From Nitrospirota bacterium (GTDB lineage Bacteria > Nitrospirota > Thermodesulfovibrionia > Thermodesulfovibrionales > JdFR-86), in contig CAVRJY010000001.1 of assembly GCA_963721805.1 (NCBI GenBank), positions 736,001-800,000 on the forward strand: a stretch of DNA of 64,000 nucleotides. The letters are read 5' to 3'. Under the pieces are notes generated by a model. That model saw only the letters and a list, made by a program, of their open reading frames with translations. It made no database searches and had not been told where the DNA came from. Positions 1 through 11,509 of the stretch are shown in pieces; positions within the stretch are counted from its first letter, which is position 1; the number at the start of each line of letters is the position of its first letter. The position numbers were made by a program, and so were the translations under genes.

Positions 1-50
1 CCGCGCGCAGCGAGCGCCAGGGCGCGTTTCATGTATAAAACATCGTCCAT
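1..50 (-). CDS. ribD: N-terminus of riboflavin biosynthesis deaminase/reductase (partial, runs off window)
   Basis: Manual translation of the minus strand from ATG at 50 gives MDDVLYMKRALALAAR, typical RibD start; only 16 codons visible. Confidence 0.6.
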   Translation of the reverse strand, partial: MDDVLYMKRALALAAR

Positions 51-140
51 CCGGTAATATACCACAATCGCCCCGGCAGGCCATCAGGGTGCGGGCTGTG
101 GTATAATTAGTGATTAATTTCACCAACCAGGAGGCTTAAT

Positions 141-467
141 ATGGCAGAAGGTTTGGTCAACGTTACGACGTCCTCGTGGGACGCGGAGGTGCTGAAGTCC
201 GATACTCTCGTGATGGTGGATTTCTGGGCCGTATGGTGCGGCCCGTGCCGGATGATCGCGCCGACCGTCGAGCAGCTCGCGCAGGAATACGCAGGCAAGA
301 TCAAGGTCTGCAAGCTCAACACCGACGAGAACCCGGACATAGCGAGCAAATACAAGATAATGGGCATCCCGACCGTGATGTTCTTCAAGGGCGGGGAGAT
401 CAAGGACCAGGTCGTGGGCGCCGTGCCGAAGAGCCAGCTCAAGGCCAAGATCGACAGCCTCGTATAA
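141..467 (+). CDS. trxA: Thioredoxin
   Basis: 108 aa, [10 protein letters not shown] active site, GIPT cis-Pro motif, AGGAGG RBS. Confidence 0.97.
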   Translation: MAEGLVNVTTSSWDAEVLKSDTLVMVDFWAVWCGPCRMIAPTVEQLAQEYAGKIKVCKLNTDENPDIASKYKIMGIPTVMFFKGGEIKDQVVGAVPKSQLKAKIDSLV

Positions 468-973
468 TGAAGTTTTTTAGCGGACCGGGAACCTGGGCCA
501 TCGCCCTGATGGTGCTGCTCGCGCTTGCGGCCTGTCAGGCCAAGCCCAAGGCAGTATCCACGGCAGGCGGCCCCGCCGCGCTCGACCTAAAGCGAGCCGA
601 CGGGACGGACTTCGACCCCTCGACGCTCAAAGGCAAGGTCGTGCTGATCGAGTTCTGGGCCACGTGGTGCCCGCCGTGCAAGATGGCGATCCCGGACATC
701 AAGGCGCTCAGCGAGAAGGTCAAGGGCACCGATATCGAGGTGGTCACTGTAGCCATAGATGACAAGGCCGAGGACGTCTCGGCGTTCGTAAAGGAAAACA
801 ACCTGCCGTACCTCGTGCTGCACGACGACGGCAGGGCGACCAAGGAATACGGGGTCCGCGGCGTGCCGACCTCGGTCGTACTCGACAAGACCGGCAAGGT
901 CGTCGAGACCCACATGGGCTACATGACCGGCTATGCGGACGAAATGCTCATAGAACTGAAGAAATACCTATAA
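467..973 (+). CDS. TlpA/ResA-like thiol-disulfide oxidoreductase lipoprotein
   Basis: ATG at 467 overlaps trxA stop; lipobox LAAC; FWATWCPPC and GVPT motifs. Confidence 0.88.
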   Translation: MKFFSGPGTWAIALMVLLALAACQAKPKAVSTAGGPAALDLKRADGTDFDPSTLKGKVVLIEFWATWCPPCKMAIPDIKALSEKVKGTDIEVVTVAIDDKAEDVSAFVKENNLPYLVLHDDGRATKEYGVRGVPTSVVLDKTGKVVETHMGYMTGYADEMLIELKKYL

Positions 974-974
974 A

Positions 975-2297
975 ATGTTCGATTCTCTAAGCGGAAAGCT
1001 CGAAGGCATATTCAAGAAACTCAGGGGACGCGGCCTCCTCAAGGAGGAGGACGTCGACCTTGCGATGAAGGAGGTCCGCCTCGCGCTCTTGGAGGCGGAC
1101 GTTAACTTCAAGGTCGTCAAGGACTTCGTGGCCTCGGTGCGCGAGAAGGCGATCGGAAGCGGCGTGCTCGACAGCCTGACGCCCGGCCAGCAGGTCGTGA
1201 AGATCGTATTTAAGGAGCTTATCGACGTTATCGGCGGCGAGACCAGCCGCATACAGCTCTCGCCCAACCCGCCGACTGTCATCATGCTCGTGGGCCTGCA
1301 AGGCTCGGGCAAGACGACCTCGGCCGCGAAGCTAGCCTACCAGTTCAAGAAAGAGGGCCGCCGCCCGCTGCTCGTCGCGGCCGACCTGCAGCGCCCGGCC
1401 GCCATAGACCAGCTCGTAACCTTGGGCTCGCAGATCGGCGTGCCTGTGTTCCATTCGCGCGAGCAGAAGGACCCGGTCGCGCTCTGCAGCGCCTCTATAC
1501 AGCAGTCGAAGCTCGACGGACGCGACATAGTCATACTCGATACCGCGGGCCGCCTGCACGTCGACGAGTCGCTGATGGGCGAGCTCAAGCGCATCAAGGA
1601 GAACCTCTCGCCGCGCGAGGTCCTGTTCGTCGCGGACTCGATGACCGGCCAGGACGCGGTCAACAGCGCCAATACCTTCAACGAGCAGATCGGCATAGAC
1701 GGCGTCGTGCTCACCAAGATGGACGGCGACGCCCGTGGCGGCGCGGCCCTGTCTATCAGGTCGATCACCGGCAAGCCTATAAAGTACATCGGCATGGGCG
1801 AGAAGATCGACATGCTCGAGGTCTTCCACCCGGACCGCATCGCGCAGCGCATCTTGGGCATGGGCGACGTGCTCTCGCTGATCGAGAAGGCCGAGAAGAA
1901 CTTCGAGGTCGAAGAGGCCAAGAAGATGCAGGAGAAGCTCCTTGGCGACTCCTTCAGCTTCGAGGACCTCAAGGACCAGCTCAACAAGCTCAAGAGCATG
2001 GGCCCGCTCGAGAACATCCTCGGGATGATCCCCGGCATGAACAAGCACATGAAGGACATCAAGGTCGACGACCGCGAGATCGGGCGGATCGAGGCGATCA
2101 TCAACTCGATGACACCGGCCGAGCGCAAGGACGTCAACCTCTTAAACGGCAGCCGCAAAAAGCGCATAGCGCTTGGCAGCGGGACTACCGCAACGGACGT
2201 GAACCGGCTGATCAAGCAGTATCTGGACATGAAGAAGATGCTTAAGATGTTTAAGAAGGGCGGAAGGATGCCATCCCTCAATTTCAAACGTCGATAG
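975..2297 (+). CDS. ffh: Signal recognition particle protein
   Basis: GLQGSGKTT, DTAGR, TKMDGDARGG, Met-rich M domain with SRKKRIALGSG. Confidence 0.98.
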   Translation: MFDSLSGKLEGIFKKLRGRGLLKEEDVDLAMKEVRLALLEADVNFKVVKDFVASVREKAIGSGVLDSLTPGQQVVKIVFKELIDVIGGETSRIQLSPNPPTVIMLVGLQGSGKTTSAAKLAYQFKKEGRRPLLVAADLQRPAAIDQLVTLGSQIGVPVFHSREQKDPVALCSASIQQSKLDGRDIVILDTAGRLHVDESLMGELKRIKENLSPREVLFVADSMTGQDAVNSANTFNEQIGIDGVVLTKMDGDARGGAALSIRSITGKPIKYIGMGEKIDMLEVFHPDRIAQRILGMGDVLSLIEKAEKNFEVEEAKKMQEKLLGDSFSFEDLKDQLNKLKSMGPLENILGMIPGMNKHMKDIKVDDREIGRIEAIINSMTPAERKDVNLLNGSRKKRIALGSGTTATDVNRLIKQYLDMKKMLKMFKKGGRMPSLNFKRR

Positions 2298-2319
2298 TTT
2301 TCTCCCCGTTACCTTCTCT

Positions 2320-2442
2320 AAAGCCGCGCGAAATCGCTTGATACTGCGTCATCAGTCGAAAATCGCCCTCGGAGTACATCCCAGTACACCTGCGGGACGA
2401 TTTTCTCCTTCTTCCTTGTCTCAAGACGATTTCTCGCGCTTT
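2320..2442. repeat. ERIC-like ~123-bp imperfect palindrome (copy 1 of 3)
   Basis: Arms aaagc..gaaatcgcttga..gaaaatcgccc..GTAC / GTAC..gggacgattttc..tcaagacgatttc..gcttt; homologous to 23536-24792 and 27859-28017. Confidence 0.8.
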
Positions 2443-2543
2443 AATGTTGCCCCTGCCTGATCGCGCGAGCGGTCAACGGCATTGATATAGTTCTATCGCT
2501 TTGTTAGTTTCGAATTATGAGATGCAGTTATAGTTTGCTGCCA

Positions 2544-3704
2544 TTATGGTTGTTTGCTTTTACTGAGATAAGTCTTAAGTATAAAACCGGGTGTTCTTGG
2601 AATTAACCATTTAATAAAATCCTTGTAGGTGGTTCTGAGGGCAGGGACTTCCAAATATTTATCTAGGACTCCCTCATTGCTAGAAAGAAGTTTAATGAAG
2701 ATCGCAGGGAAAAGATGCATGAGTCTAGTTAACAATAAGGAATATTTTAAGTTTTCACCAAAGTCACGTTGACAGCGCAATTCATATGCTTGTCGTAGAT
2801 TCATTTTCTTGTTTAACTTTAGTTTTTCAAATATAATTTCTACAGCAATCTGTCCTGACCTTATTGCATAAGCAATACCCTCCCCATAAAATGGATCCAC
2901 AAACCCAGCCGAATCACCAACCAGTATCATTCTATTTGTCGCGAGTGTTCTCTTAATCCCTCCAGAAGGTATCACATGACCGTGCAAACGATATTTTTCA
3001 CGGAATCCATTTTCTTTTAGGAAAGATTCCATTGATGATAGAGGGTTAGATAAATATTTTGCAAAGCCTCCGATGCCAACATTGAAACAGTTTTTATGTG
3101 GAAATATCCACCCATAACCAACGCCGGCAACACCGAAATGTATGTCGATAGAATTATGTATATAACTGTCTATGCGATCATTACTTGCCTCTATCTCAGT
3201 TACGATGCAGATGCCGAATTCAGCCCTTGTATCTTTTTTGCGTATCAAACGCTTAAATTTACCTTGTGCGCCTTCAGCGATGATAACAAATCGAGTTCTA
3301 TAGCTATCATTTGTTGTAAAGACAGAAATATCATCGATATGCTCTTGAATGTCAATTACCTGTTCCCCCAGCTTAACTTCAATTTCAGTTTCTTTGGCTT
3401 TGGCAAGTAAGTACGCATCAAAATTACTTCTATTAACAAGAACAGCAATTCGATATTCTTTTTGTCTTTCAATTGAATTGTTCTTGAAATGAACTCTAGC
3501 CCCATAGATCTCTCTTTCGATAAGATGCTGGGGAATTTCGAAATCGAGATATGACATAGCATGTTCTGACAAAGCACCGCCACATGGTTTATAACGAGGG
3601 AAATCAGCTTTTTCCAGTAGAAGTGTTTTAAGACCCTTTTGACCAGCAATTCGCCCTGCGGATGATCCCGCTGGTCCACCACCTATTATAATGAGATCAT
3701 ACAT
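2544..3704 (-). CDS. Geranylgeranyl reductase family FAD-dependent oxidoreductase (AT-rich island)
   Basis: YDLIIIGGGPAG, PRYKPCGG, GYGWIFP, LVGDSAGFVDPFYGEGI motifs. Confidence 0.9.
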   Translation of the reverse strand: MYDLIIIGGGPAGSSAGRIAGQKGLKTLLLEKADFPRYKPCGGALSEHAMSYLDFEIPQHLIEREIYGARVHFKNNSIERQKEYRIAVLVNRSNFDAYLLAKAKETEIEVKLGEQVIDIQEHIDDISVFTTNDSYRTRFVIIAEGAQGKFKRLIRKKDTRAEFGICIVTEIEASNDRIDSYIHNSIDIHFGVAGVGYGWIFPHKNCFNVGIGGFAKYLSNPLSSMESFLKENGFREKYRLHGHVIPSGGIKRTLATNRMILVGDSAGFVDPFYGEGIAYAIRSGQIAVEIIFEKLKLNKKMNLRQAYELRCQRDFGENLKYSLLLTRLMHLFPAIFIKLLSSNEGVLDKYLEVPALRTTYKDFIKWLIPRTPGFILKTYLSKSKQP

Positions 3705-3706
3705 TG

Positions 3707-4753
3707 TTATTTTAAGAAAGCTTCCAATACAGCTATTGATAACGGAGATAGAAATGAAAGGCCAAAGCCAGATAGGATTCCCAGGTCAAAAGGGTATGCC
3801 CGCATATCGTTTAATTTTGAATTGTAAAGATGCTCAAACAAATAAATTTCAATTGCTTTTTTAATGTCTAAATTTTCAGAAGATACGAATTCCTTTAACA
3901 TTTTTTCAAGCTTATTATGATAGTTTATTCTTACCTCTTTTTTCTTGGCATCTATGTATTGTTTCAGTCTAAGTATGGGAGCTATGAAACCTATTACCAT
4001 TGTAATGATGAATAATAACGATGACAGAATAATCATTAGATTTAGAGAGTCGGCTTTATTGCCAAGTTTAGAGAATATCTCAAAAGCTAAAGGAAAAACT
4101 AACGCACCAGATGAAAAATATAGTGATATTTTGACGGAGAATGCTCCAAATGTTGCCAAGCCACCGTATCTGTCCGGATGATGCGGTTCAAAAATCAGAT
4201 CATCGCAACAAATATTATTCATCATTGTTATCAAAACAAATATCCCATGAAAGCCAATTGATGATATAAAAAAGAGAAGAAAAAATGAAATGCTTCCCCA
4301 TAGTTCAATTGCCAATGGCGCATTTCCGTAATAAGAATGTACCACGAGGAAAGATAAGGCTAAGCCTAAGGGATAACCAACGATCTGATACTTATTCGAT
4401 TGGATTCGTTTAATTTCTCTAAGAAAATGGTTCTCCCATTTGCCATGAGCGAAAACTTCCACATATTTGTGGAAGAAATCAATGATATATTCAAAAGCGC
4501 TTTGTATCAATAATGGGGCAATAGCTAACCATAATAAAGCAATATGCATACGCCATGTAAATATTTCTTCATTATATATGAATTGAAGCAAGTACCCAAT
4601 AGATATGATTGGAATATAAAACATAAACACTGATGCACATATTTTTGATCGAAAAAGTTTACTCAAAAAATATTGCCATCTAATAATCCAAAGCGTAGCT
4701 CGTGAAGCCGCTTCTTTTTCAACCTTTGACCATTCTTTTCTCCCGCCGATCAT
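3707..4753 (-). CDS. Hypothetical multi-pass membrane protein (AT-rich island)
   Basis: 348-aa ORF with about 7 hydrophobic segments and a PHHPDRYGGL loop; 2 bp from the downstream gene. Confidence 0.75.
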   Translation of the reverse strand: MIGGRKEWSKVEKEAASRATLWIIRWQYFLSKLFRSKICASVFMFYIPIISIGYLLQFIYNEEIFTWRMHIALLWLAIAPLLIQSAFEYIIDFFHKYVEVFAHGKWENHFLREIKRIQSNKYQIVGYPLGLALSFLVVHSYYGNAPLAIELWGSISFFLLFFISSIGFHGIFVLITMMNNICCDDLIFEPHHPDRYGGLATFGAFSVKISLYFSSGALVFPLAFEIFSKLGNKADSLNLMIILSSLLFIITMVIGFIAPILRLKQYIDAKKKEVRINYHNKLEKMLKEFVSSENLDIKKAIEIYLFEHLYNSKLNDMRAYPFDLGILSGFGLSFLSPLSIAVLEAFLK

Positions 4754-5000
4754 GTGTTAGCCTTTCTCAATTGTTTAAGTATTAAAACGAAGTAATCATT
4801 AAGGTTTCAATAGACTATCTGATATTAACTATTTGAGTCAACAGTTCTACTATTATTGCAGCGCCTCATAGAAAGCTAGTAAGCTGTCAAGGAGTTATGT
4901 AGATATCGACCAAATATAATGTTGTAGCCCTTCAGAATAGTAATCGCGAATAAGTGAACGATGTAATTAGAAGCGAAGCGGCTCTGAATCCCGCTGGCCT

Positions 5001-5792
5001 CTACGGCGTATCGATGTATATCTCGCCTCGCGAGTAAAGTACCACGCCGCCGCCGATAATGACGCGCTCGCCAATGTTCTCGCAATAGAGTTCGCCGCCA
5101 CGGGCTGATATCTGCCGCGCGTTTAGCTCGGCCTTGCCGAGGCGCTTTGACCAGTATGGTATCAAGGTGCAGTGGGCCGAGCCGGTCACGGGGTCTTCTG
5201 GAATCCCGGCGGAGGGCGCGAAGAAGCGCGAGACGAAATCCACGCCCTTACCCGGTGCAGTCACGATGAAGCCGAAGGCGTCCTTGATCGCGGCGAGCTT
5301 GTTGAAGTCGGGCGTCAAGTCGCGCACCTCCTCCTCCGATCCGAACACCGCCATCAGGTCGCGGGCCTTATAGACCTCAAGCGGCCTTATACCTAACGCG
5401 TCCGTGAGTTCATCCGTTATCTCGACCGGCGCGCCCGGCCTCGCGGGGAAGTCCATCAGGAACAGCTCATCACTGCGCTCGACCTTGAGTATCCCGCTTT
5501 GCGAGAAGAACTGTACCCTCTGGACTCCCGGCTCGACGATCTCGGTCACGACGTACGCGCTTGCGAGCGTCGCGTGGCCGCACAGGTCGATCTCGACCGA
5601 AGGCGTAAACCACCTGATGTCATAACGCCCCCTGCCGCCCGAGATAAACGCCGTCTCGGACTGCCCGTTCTCGGTCGCGATTGCCTGCATGAGCGGATCC
5701 GGCAGCCAGCGCTGAAGCACGCAGACCGAGGCCGGATTGCCCTTAAAGGGCTTGGCCGTGAATGCGTCCAGATGGAAGTGCGGTACTTTCAT
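5001..5792 (-). CDS. PhzF family isomerase/epimerase
   Basis: DAFTAKPFKGNPA, SETAF, EIDLCGHATLA, EDPVTGSAH; start taken as MKVPHF overlapping the upstream stop. Confidence 0.93.
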   Translation of the reverse strand: MKVPHFHLDAFTAKPFKGNPASVCVLQRWLPDPLMQAIATENGQSETAFISGGRGRYDIRWFTPSVEIDLCGHATLASAYVVTEIVEPGVQRVQFFSQSGILKVERSDELFLMDFPARPGAPVEITDELTDALGIRPLEVYKARDLMAVFGSEEEVRDLTPDFNKLAAIKDAFGFIVTAPGKGVDFVSRFFAPSAGIPEDPVTGSAHCTLIPYWSKRLGKAELNARQISARGGELYCENIGERVIIGGGVVLYSRGEIYIDTP

Positions 5793-6196
5793 CCCTGCGT
5801 GGTCTTGACCTCGAACTTGGGCGGGTTGGCAATCGCGCGCTTCACCGCGCACTGGTCCGCGACCTTGATGAGCGCGCCGAGGTACTTCTGCGGGAACCCG
5901 GCCGGCACCTTGATATCGAGCACGATCTTGTCCATCACCGAATGTCCGTCGGGCGTCTGGACGTACTCGATCCGCTCGCTGATCTCAAGCCCCTCGGTCG
6001 GTATCTTGCGCTCCTGACAAAAGCTCAGGACGAATATCCCCGCGCACGTGCCGATGGACGCCAGAAAGAGAGCGAAGGGTGTTGGGGCCGAGCCCTCGCC
6101 GCCGTATTTAGCGGCCTGGTCGGTCTTAATCACCATGCCGTCGTCGCCTGTCGCGTATACCTTCTTGCCGCCCGGAAACGATATTTTAAATTCCAT
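5789..6196 (-). CDS. OsmC family protein
   Basis: TDQ..GGEGSAPTPFALFLASIGTC and CAVKR motifs. Confidence 0.88.
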   Translation of the reverse strand: MEFKISFPGGKKVYATGDDGMVIKTDQAAKYGGEGSAPTPFALFLASIGTCAGIFVLSFCQERKIPTEGLEISERIEYVQTPDGHSVMDKIVLDIKVPAGFPQKYLGALIKVADQCAVKRAIANPPKFEVKTTQG

Positions 6197-6274
6197 AGTC
6201 AGTGGCCTCCTGTGTAAGTGATTTATTTAGTATAATATCATGTTACAAACCTATTCATGCGAGGTGTGCTTTAG

Positions 6275-6811
6275 ATGGCTGAAGAGAAAAAGGAAAAATG
6301 GCTCAACTACCTTGCGGTGAGCACCGTGATATTCGCGGTCTGCGCCACGCTCGCCACTTTTAAGGGCGGCGGTTTCTCGACGCGGGCCGTGCTCTCGCAG
6401 TCAAAGGCCTCGGACCAGTGGGCGTTCTACCAGGCCAAGAGCATCAAGGGCTACCTCTACGATATGCAGGCCGAGAAATTCGCGATGGACTTAAAGAGTG
6501 ACGCGAAGCTCCCGCCCGCTGTGCGCGAGGAGTACCAACAGAAGATCGACTCATACGCCGGGAAGGTCAAGAAATACGAGGAAGAGAAGAAGAAGATCAA
6601 TCAGGACGCGCTGGAGCTTGAAAAGGTCCGCGACGATGCGCAGATCCACACTCAGGCCTTCGGGATGGCCGTGATATTCCTTCAGGTCGCGATACTCCTC
6701 AGCTCGATCGCCGCGCTGATGAAGCGCCGCAACATCTGGCTTCTGGGCGTAGCGAGCGGTGCGCTCGGACTCGTATATTTCGCCAACGGCTTCCTGCTAT
6801 TCATTAAATAA
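6275..6811 (+). CDS. DUF4337-like membrane protein
   Basis: ASDQWAFYQAKSIK motif, three TM segments. Confidence 0.8.
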   Translation: MAEEKKEKWLNYLAVSTVIFAVCATLATFKGGGFSTRAVLSQSKASDQWAFYQAKSIKGYLYDMQAEKFAMDLKSDAKLPPAVREEYQQKIDSYAGKVKKYEEEKKKINQDALELEKVRDDAQIHTQAFGMAVIFLQVAILLSSIAALMKRRNIWLLGVASGALGLVYFANGFLLFIK

Positions 6812-6822
6812 GAAGGGATCAT

Positions 6823-8268
<1,446 letters not shown>

Positions 8269-8301
8269 CCCCTACGGTAGTTATGAGCTATAATTGGATC
8301 A

Positions 8302-9114
8302 ATGAACGCGCGGAGCTTTAAGACCGAGGAGCACTTTGTAACCGAAGAGCCTTACTACCTCCCCTCCGGGGACGAGATACGCCTTTTCGAGGCCGCGTAT
8401 GGCTCGCAGATCCCGGTGTTGCTGAAGGGCCCGACCGGGTGCGGCAAGACGCGCTTCATTCACCACATGGCCTGGAGGCTCAAGCGCCCTCTCGTCACCA
8501 TCTCCTGCCACGACGACCTCACGACCTCCGATCTCGTCGGGCGATATCTGATTCAGGGCGGCGAGACCGTATGGGTGGACGGCCCTCTGACCGCGGCGGT
8601 GAAGGCCGGGGGCATATGCTACCTCGACGAGATAGTCGAGGCGCGCAAGGACACGACCGTCGTCATACACCCGCTCGCGGACGACCGCCGCATACTCCCG
8701 ATAGAGAAGCTCGGCATGCTCATCGTCGCCCCGCCTGAGTTCATGCTCGCGATCTCGTATAACCCCGGCTACCAAAGCGTTATCAAGGACCTCAAGCAGA
8801 GCACGCGCCAGAGGTTCCTCGCGATAGAGTTCGCGTACCAGACCCCCGAGCGCGAGGCCGAGGTGGTTTCGCACGAGTCCGGCGTGGACGCGGATGCCGC
8901 ATCGAGGCTGGTCGGGTTCGGCCGCAAGACCCGCAACCTCAAGGATCGGGGGCTGGTAGAGGGCGCGAGCACGCGGCTGATGATACACGCCGGAAGGCTC
9001 ATGCGCTCCGGCATCCCCGCGCGTGAGGCCCTGCGCGCGGCCGTGATCTCCCCGCTCAGTGACGATCAAGAGATGCTGGAGGCGCTGGAGCAGCTGGCTT
9101 CGTCGTTCTTTTAA
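8302..9114 (+). CDS. CbbQ/NirQ/NorQ family MoxR AAA+ ATPase
   Basis: LLKGPTGCGKTRF, YLDEIVEARKDT, SYNPGYQS..KDLKQSTRQRF, GASTRL. Confidence 0.95.
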   Translation: MNARSFKTEEHFVTEEPYYLPSGDEIRLFEAAYGSQIPVLLKGPTGCGKTRFIHHMAWRLKRPLVTISCHDDLTTSDLVGRYLIQGGETVWVDGPLTAAVKAGGICYLDEIVEARKDTTVVIHPLADDRRILPIEKLGMLIVAPPEFMLAISYNPGYQSVIKDLKQSTRQRFLAIEFAYQTPEREAEVVSHESGVDADAASRLVGFGRKTRNLKDRGLVEGASTRLMIHAGRLMRSGIPAREALRAAVISPLSDDQEMLEALEQLASSFF

Positions 9115-11300
9115 TGGGCAGCACCATCCGCTCGCTGCGGGCCGAACTCTCCCGAAACCTCGAGTACTTCTTCTTCGAGCCCGAGGACATACAGCAGATC
9201 ATCGCTCAGATAAACTCGATCCCCCTTGACGCGCGCAGAAGCGCGCTAGCGCTGCTCGTGCAGCTCTCGAACACCAGCGGCAACATCGTGCCGCGCGTGA
9301 TGCCCTCTGTGATGCACGCGGTCTCCGCGCTTCCGATTGACGATGCCAAACGCTGGCTCGGCCACGCCTTCGCGCTCCTTGACGCCGAGGGCACCGAGCC
9401 CACGATAAGGTTTATGATGCGCGCCTCGGCGGCCGAGCTCGATGCGTTCTCCAAGCCCGCGACGCTCAGGCTCGACTCCGCGATGCCGGGGTTGGTTCTC
9501 TACCTGCGCGGCATCAGCGGCGGGGACTTCCCCATATTGCCCTCAAGCGCCGATGTGGCGTACACCGACGGCCGCTCGATATTCCTGCTCCGCGCTATTG
9601 CGCTTGCTTCAACGTCCGGCGGGTTATCGCGGGATGACGCGCTCGGACTTTACAGGCTCATGGCCACGTTCCTCTGGGCCGAGGTCGCCTTCGGCACGCT
9701 CAGACCGTCGAAGGGGCATACGCTTGAGGCGCTGTTTAACAAGTTCGAGCAGCGCGGGCTCGCGATAGACCTCTACACGCTGTTGGAGGCCTCGAGGCTT
9801 GAGCGTTTGGTGCTCAGCGAGCTTCCCGCGCTCGCGCTTAAGCCGCCAAAGGCCCGCGCCCTCGCATCGCGCCAGCCGCCGGCCAGCGCCGTGAGCGCCT
9901 TTGTCGAAGAGGGCTATCGCGCGTTGCTGGGCGAGCACGGACACCGCGAGTGGGACGATCTCCTAAGCGCATACGCAGCCCTCGATGAGCCATACCCCGA
10001 TGCGCTCTATCGGCTATATGAAAGGGCCGGGGCGATAGGCCGGGATTACGTCCCGGTCGGGCCTATACCTTTCGTCGGGACTATCAGGCCCCGCGCCGTG
10101 GCCCATCGCGCCAAGGCGGAGCGCGAGCAGCGGGCCGAACGCATCCGCGCGTCCATAGAGCGGCTGGTCAGGGACCAGACGATCGGCGCCGTCCCCCTGC
10201 CGCCAAGGGAGCGGGAGCAGGTGGCCCGGCGCGAGGCCCTGCCGGGCAAGCTTCTGCTGATAGAGGGGAAGCTCGTGCGCGTCGATGACATGGCGGCTGA
10301 GCTGCTGGCCGAGCACGGAGGGCTGCCGGGGATTCTGGTCGAGGGCGAGGGCACGGGCGGCCACGCGATGGACCTCGCAGGTTACGAGGGAGAGGCATCG
10401 CCAGATCGGCCCGTGGCCGCCGAGACTGCCGGAGGCATCGCGTATGACGAGTGGGACTATAAGCGCGCCGGATACAAGAAGGGCTGGGTCAGGCTCCACG
10501 AGCTTGACGTCCACCCCTCTGACGCCCCATTTGTCGCCGAGACGCGGCGGAGATACTCCGCGCTGATCCACAACATCAGGAGGCAGTTCGAGCTGATGAG
10601 GGTAGTTCCGGGGACGCTCAAACGGCAGCCCGAGGGCGAGGACATCGACCTCGACGCGGTAGTCGAGTCGGTGGCGGATACGAACGCGGGGCAATCGGCC
10701 GGGGAGGGCCTCTATACTAGGGTCGACCGGCGGGAGCGGAGCGTTGCGGTGCTGTTCCTGCTCGATATGAGCGGCTCGACCAAGGGCTGGGTCAACGCCG
10801 CGCAGCGCGAGGCGCTGGTCATGATGTGCGAGGCGCTCGACGCGCTCCGGGACAAGTACGCGATATACGGGTTTTCGGGCATGACGCGCAACCGCGCGGA
10901 GTTTTACAGGATCAAGGATTTCTCGGAGGGCTACACCGGCGAGGTCCAAAGCAGGATAGCCGGGATCGAGCCCAAGGACTACACCCGCATGGGCCCGGCC
11001 ATCAGGCACTCGCTGAGGCTCCTTAATGCTATCGAGGCGCGCACGCGGCTGCTGATCGTCCTGAGCGACGGCAGGCCCGAGGACTACGATGCGTACAAGG
11101 GCGACTACGGCATAGAGGACACGCGCATGGCGCTGATCGAGGCGCGCATCGCGGGCGCGCACCCCTATTGCATCACGATAGACCGCGAGGCCCCCTCCTA
11201 TATATCACGCATGTGCGGCGAGCGGGGCTTCGCGATGCTGGATGACGTGCGCGAACTCCCGGCGCGCATCGCCGGGCTCTACCGCCTGCTTACGACATAG
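9114..11300 (+). CDS. NorD/CbbO-like von Willebrand A domain protein
   Basis: YDEWDY, MIDAS LLDMSGST, YTRMGPAIRH, LSDGRP; coupled to the AAA gene. Confidence 0.92.
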   Translation: MGSTIRSLRAELSRNLEYFFFEPEDIQQIIAQINSIPLDARRSALALLVQLSNTSGNIVPRVMPSVMHAVSALPIDDAKRWLGHAFALLDAEGTEPTIRFMMRASAAELDAFSKPATLRLDSAMPGLVLYLRGISGGDFPILPSSADVAYTDGRSIFLLRAIALASTSGGLSRDDALGLYRLMATFLWAEVAFGTLRPSKGHTLEALFNKFEQRGLAIDLYTLLEASRLERLVLSELPALALKPPKARALASRQPPASAVSAFVEEGYRALLGEHGHREWDDLLSAYAALDEPYPDALYRLYERAGAIGRDYVPVGPIPFVGTIRPRAVAHRAKAEREQRAERIRASIERLVRDQTIGAVPLPPREREQVARREALPGKLLLIEGKLVRVDDMAAELLAEHGGLPGILVEGEGTGGHAMDLAGYEGEASPDRPVAAETAGGIAYDEWDYKRAGYKKGWVRLHELDVHPSDAPFVAETRRRYSALIHNIRRQFELMRVVPGTLKRQPEGEDIDLDAVVESVADTNAGQSAGEGLYTRVDRRERSVAVLFLLDMSGSTKGWVNAAQREALVMMCEALDALRDKYAIYGFSGMTRNRAEFYRIKDFSEGYTGEVQSRIAGIEPKDYTRMGPAIRHSLRLLNAIEARTRLLIVLSDGRPEDYDAYKGDYGIEDTRMALIEARIAGAHPYCITIDREAPSYISRMCGERGFAMLDDVRELPARIAGLYRLLTT

Positions 11301-11417
11301 TCGCTCGCCGTCGCATAAAACGGATATGATCCCGCTTGTTCCAAACCCTTTCGCGGTTGCTTTGGGTAGGCAAAAAATTCCCTTGCATGGAAGAAAATTT
11401 TTCTTATAAATCAACGC

Positions 11418-11444
11418 TAAAGTTTTGATATTCCCCTCCGATAT
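11418..11444 (+). promoter_or_regulatory. Sigma28 (FliA) promoter of flagellin
   Basis: TAAA-N15-TCCGATAT versus consensus TAAA-N15-GCCGATAA. Confidence 0.8.
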
Positions 11445-11466
11445 GAGCTCTAAGGAGCACAAGGCA

Positions 11467-11478
11467 GACATGGATGTC
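11467..11478 (+). promoter_or_regulatory. CsrA-type GGA hairpin in the flagellin leader
   Basis: GACA-TGGA-TGTC stem-loop upstream of the AGGGAGGA RBS. Confidence 0.65.
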
Positions 11479-11509
11479 GAGCCGACAAAAATCAAGGGAG
11501 GAAAAGGCA

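Noticed and set aside
176..466. N-terminal extensions in the ORF track (also 15864, 30178, 37420, 41622)
   Set aside because: They overlap upstream genes in another frame; downstream starts fit signal peptides or stop-start coupling better
2320..2442. Integron attC site reading of the hairpin family
   Set aside because: No RYYYAAC/GTTRRRY core ends, no integrase, and copies 2 and 3 are inverted rather than direct
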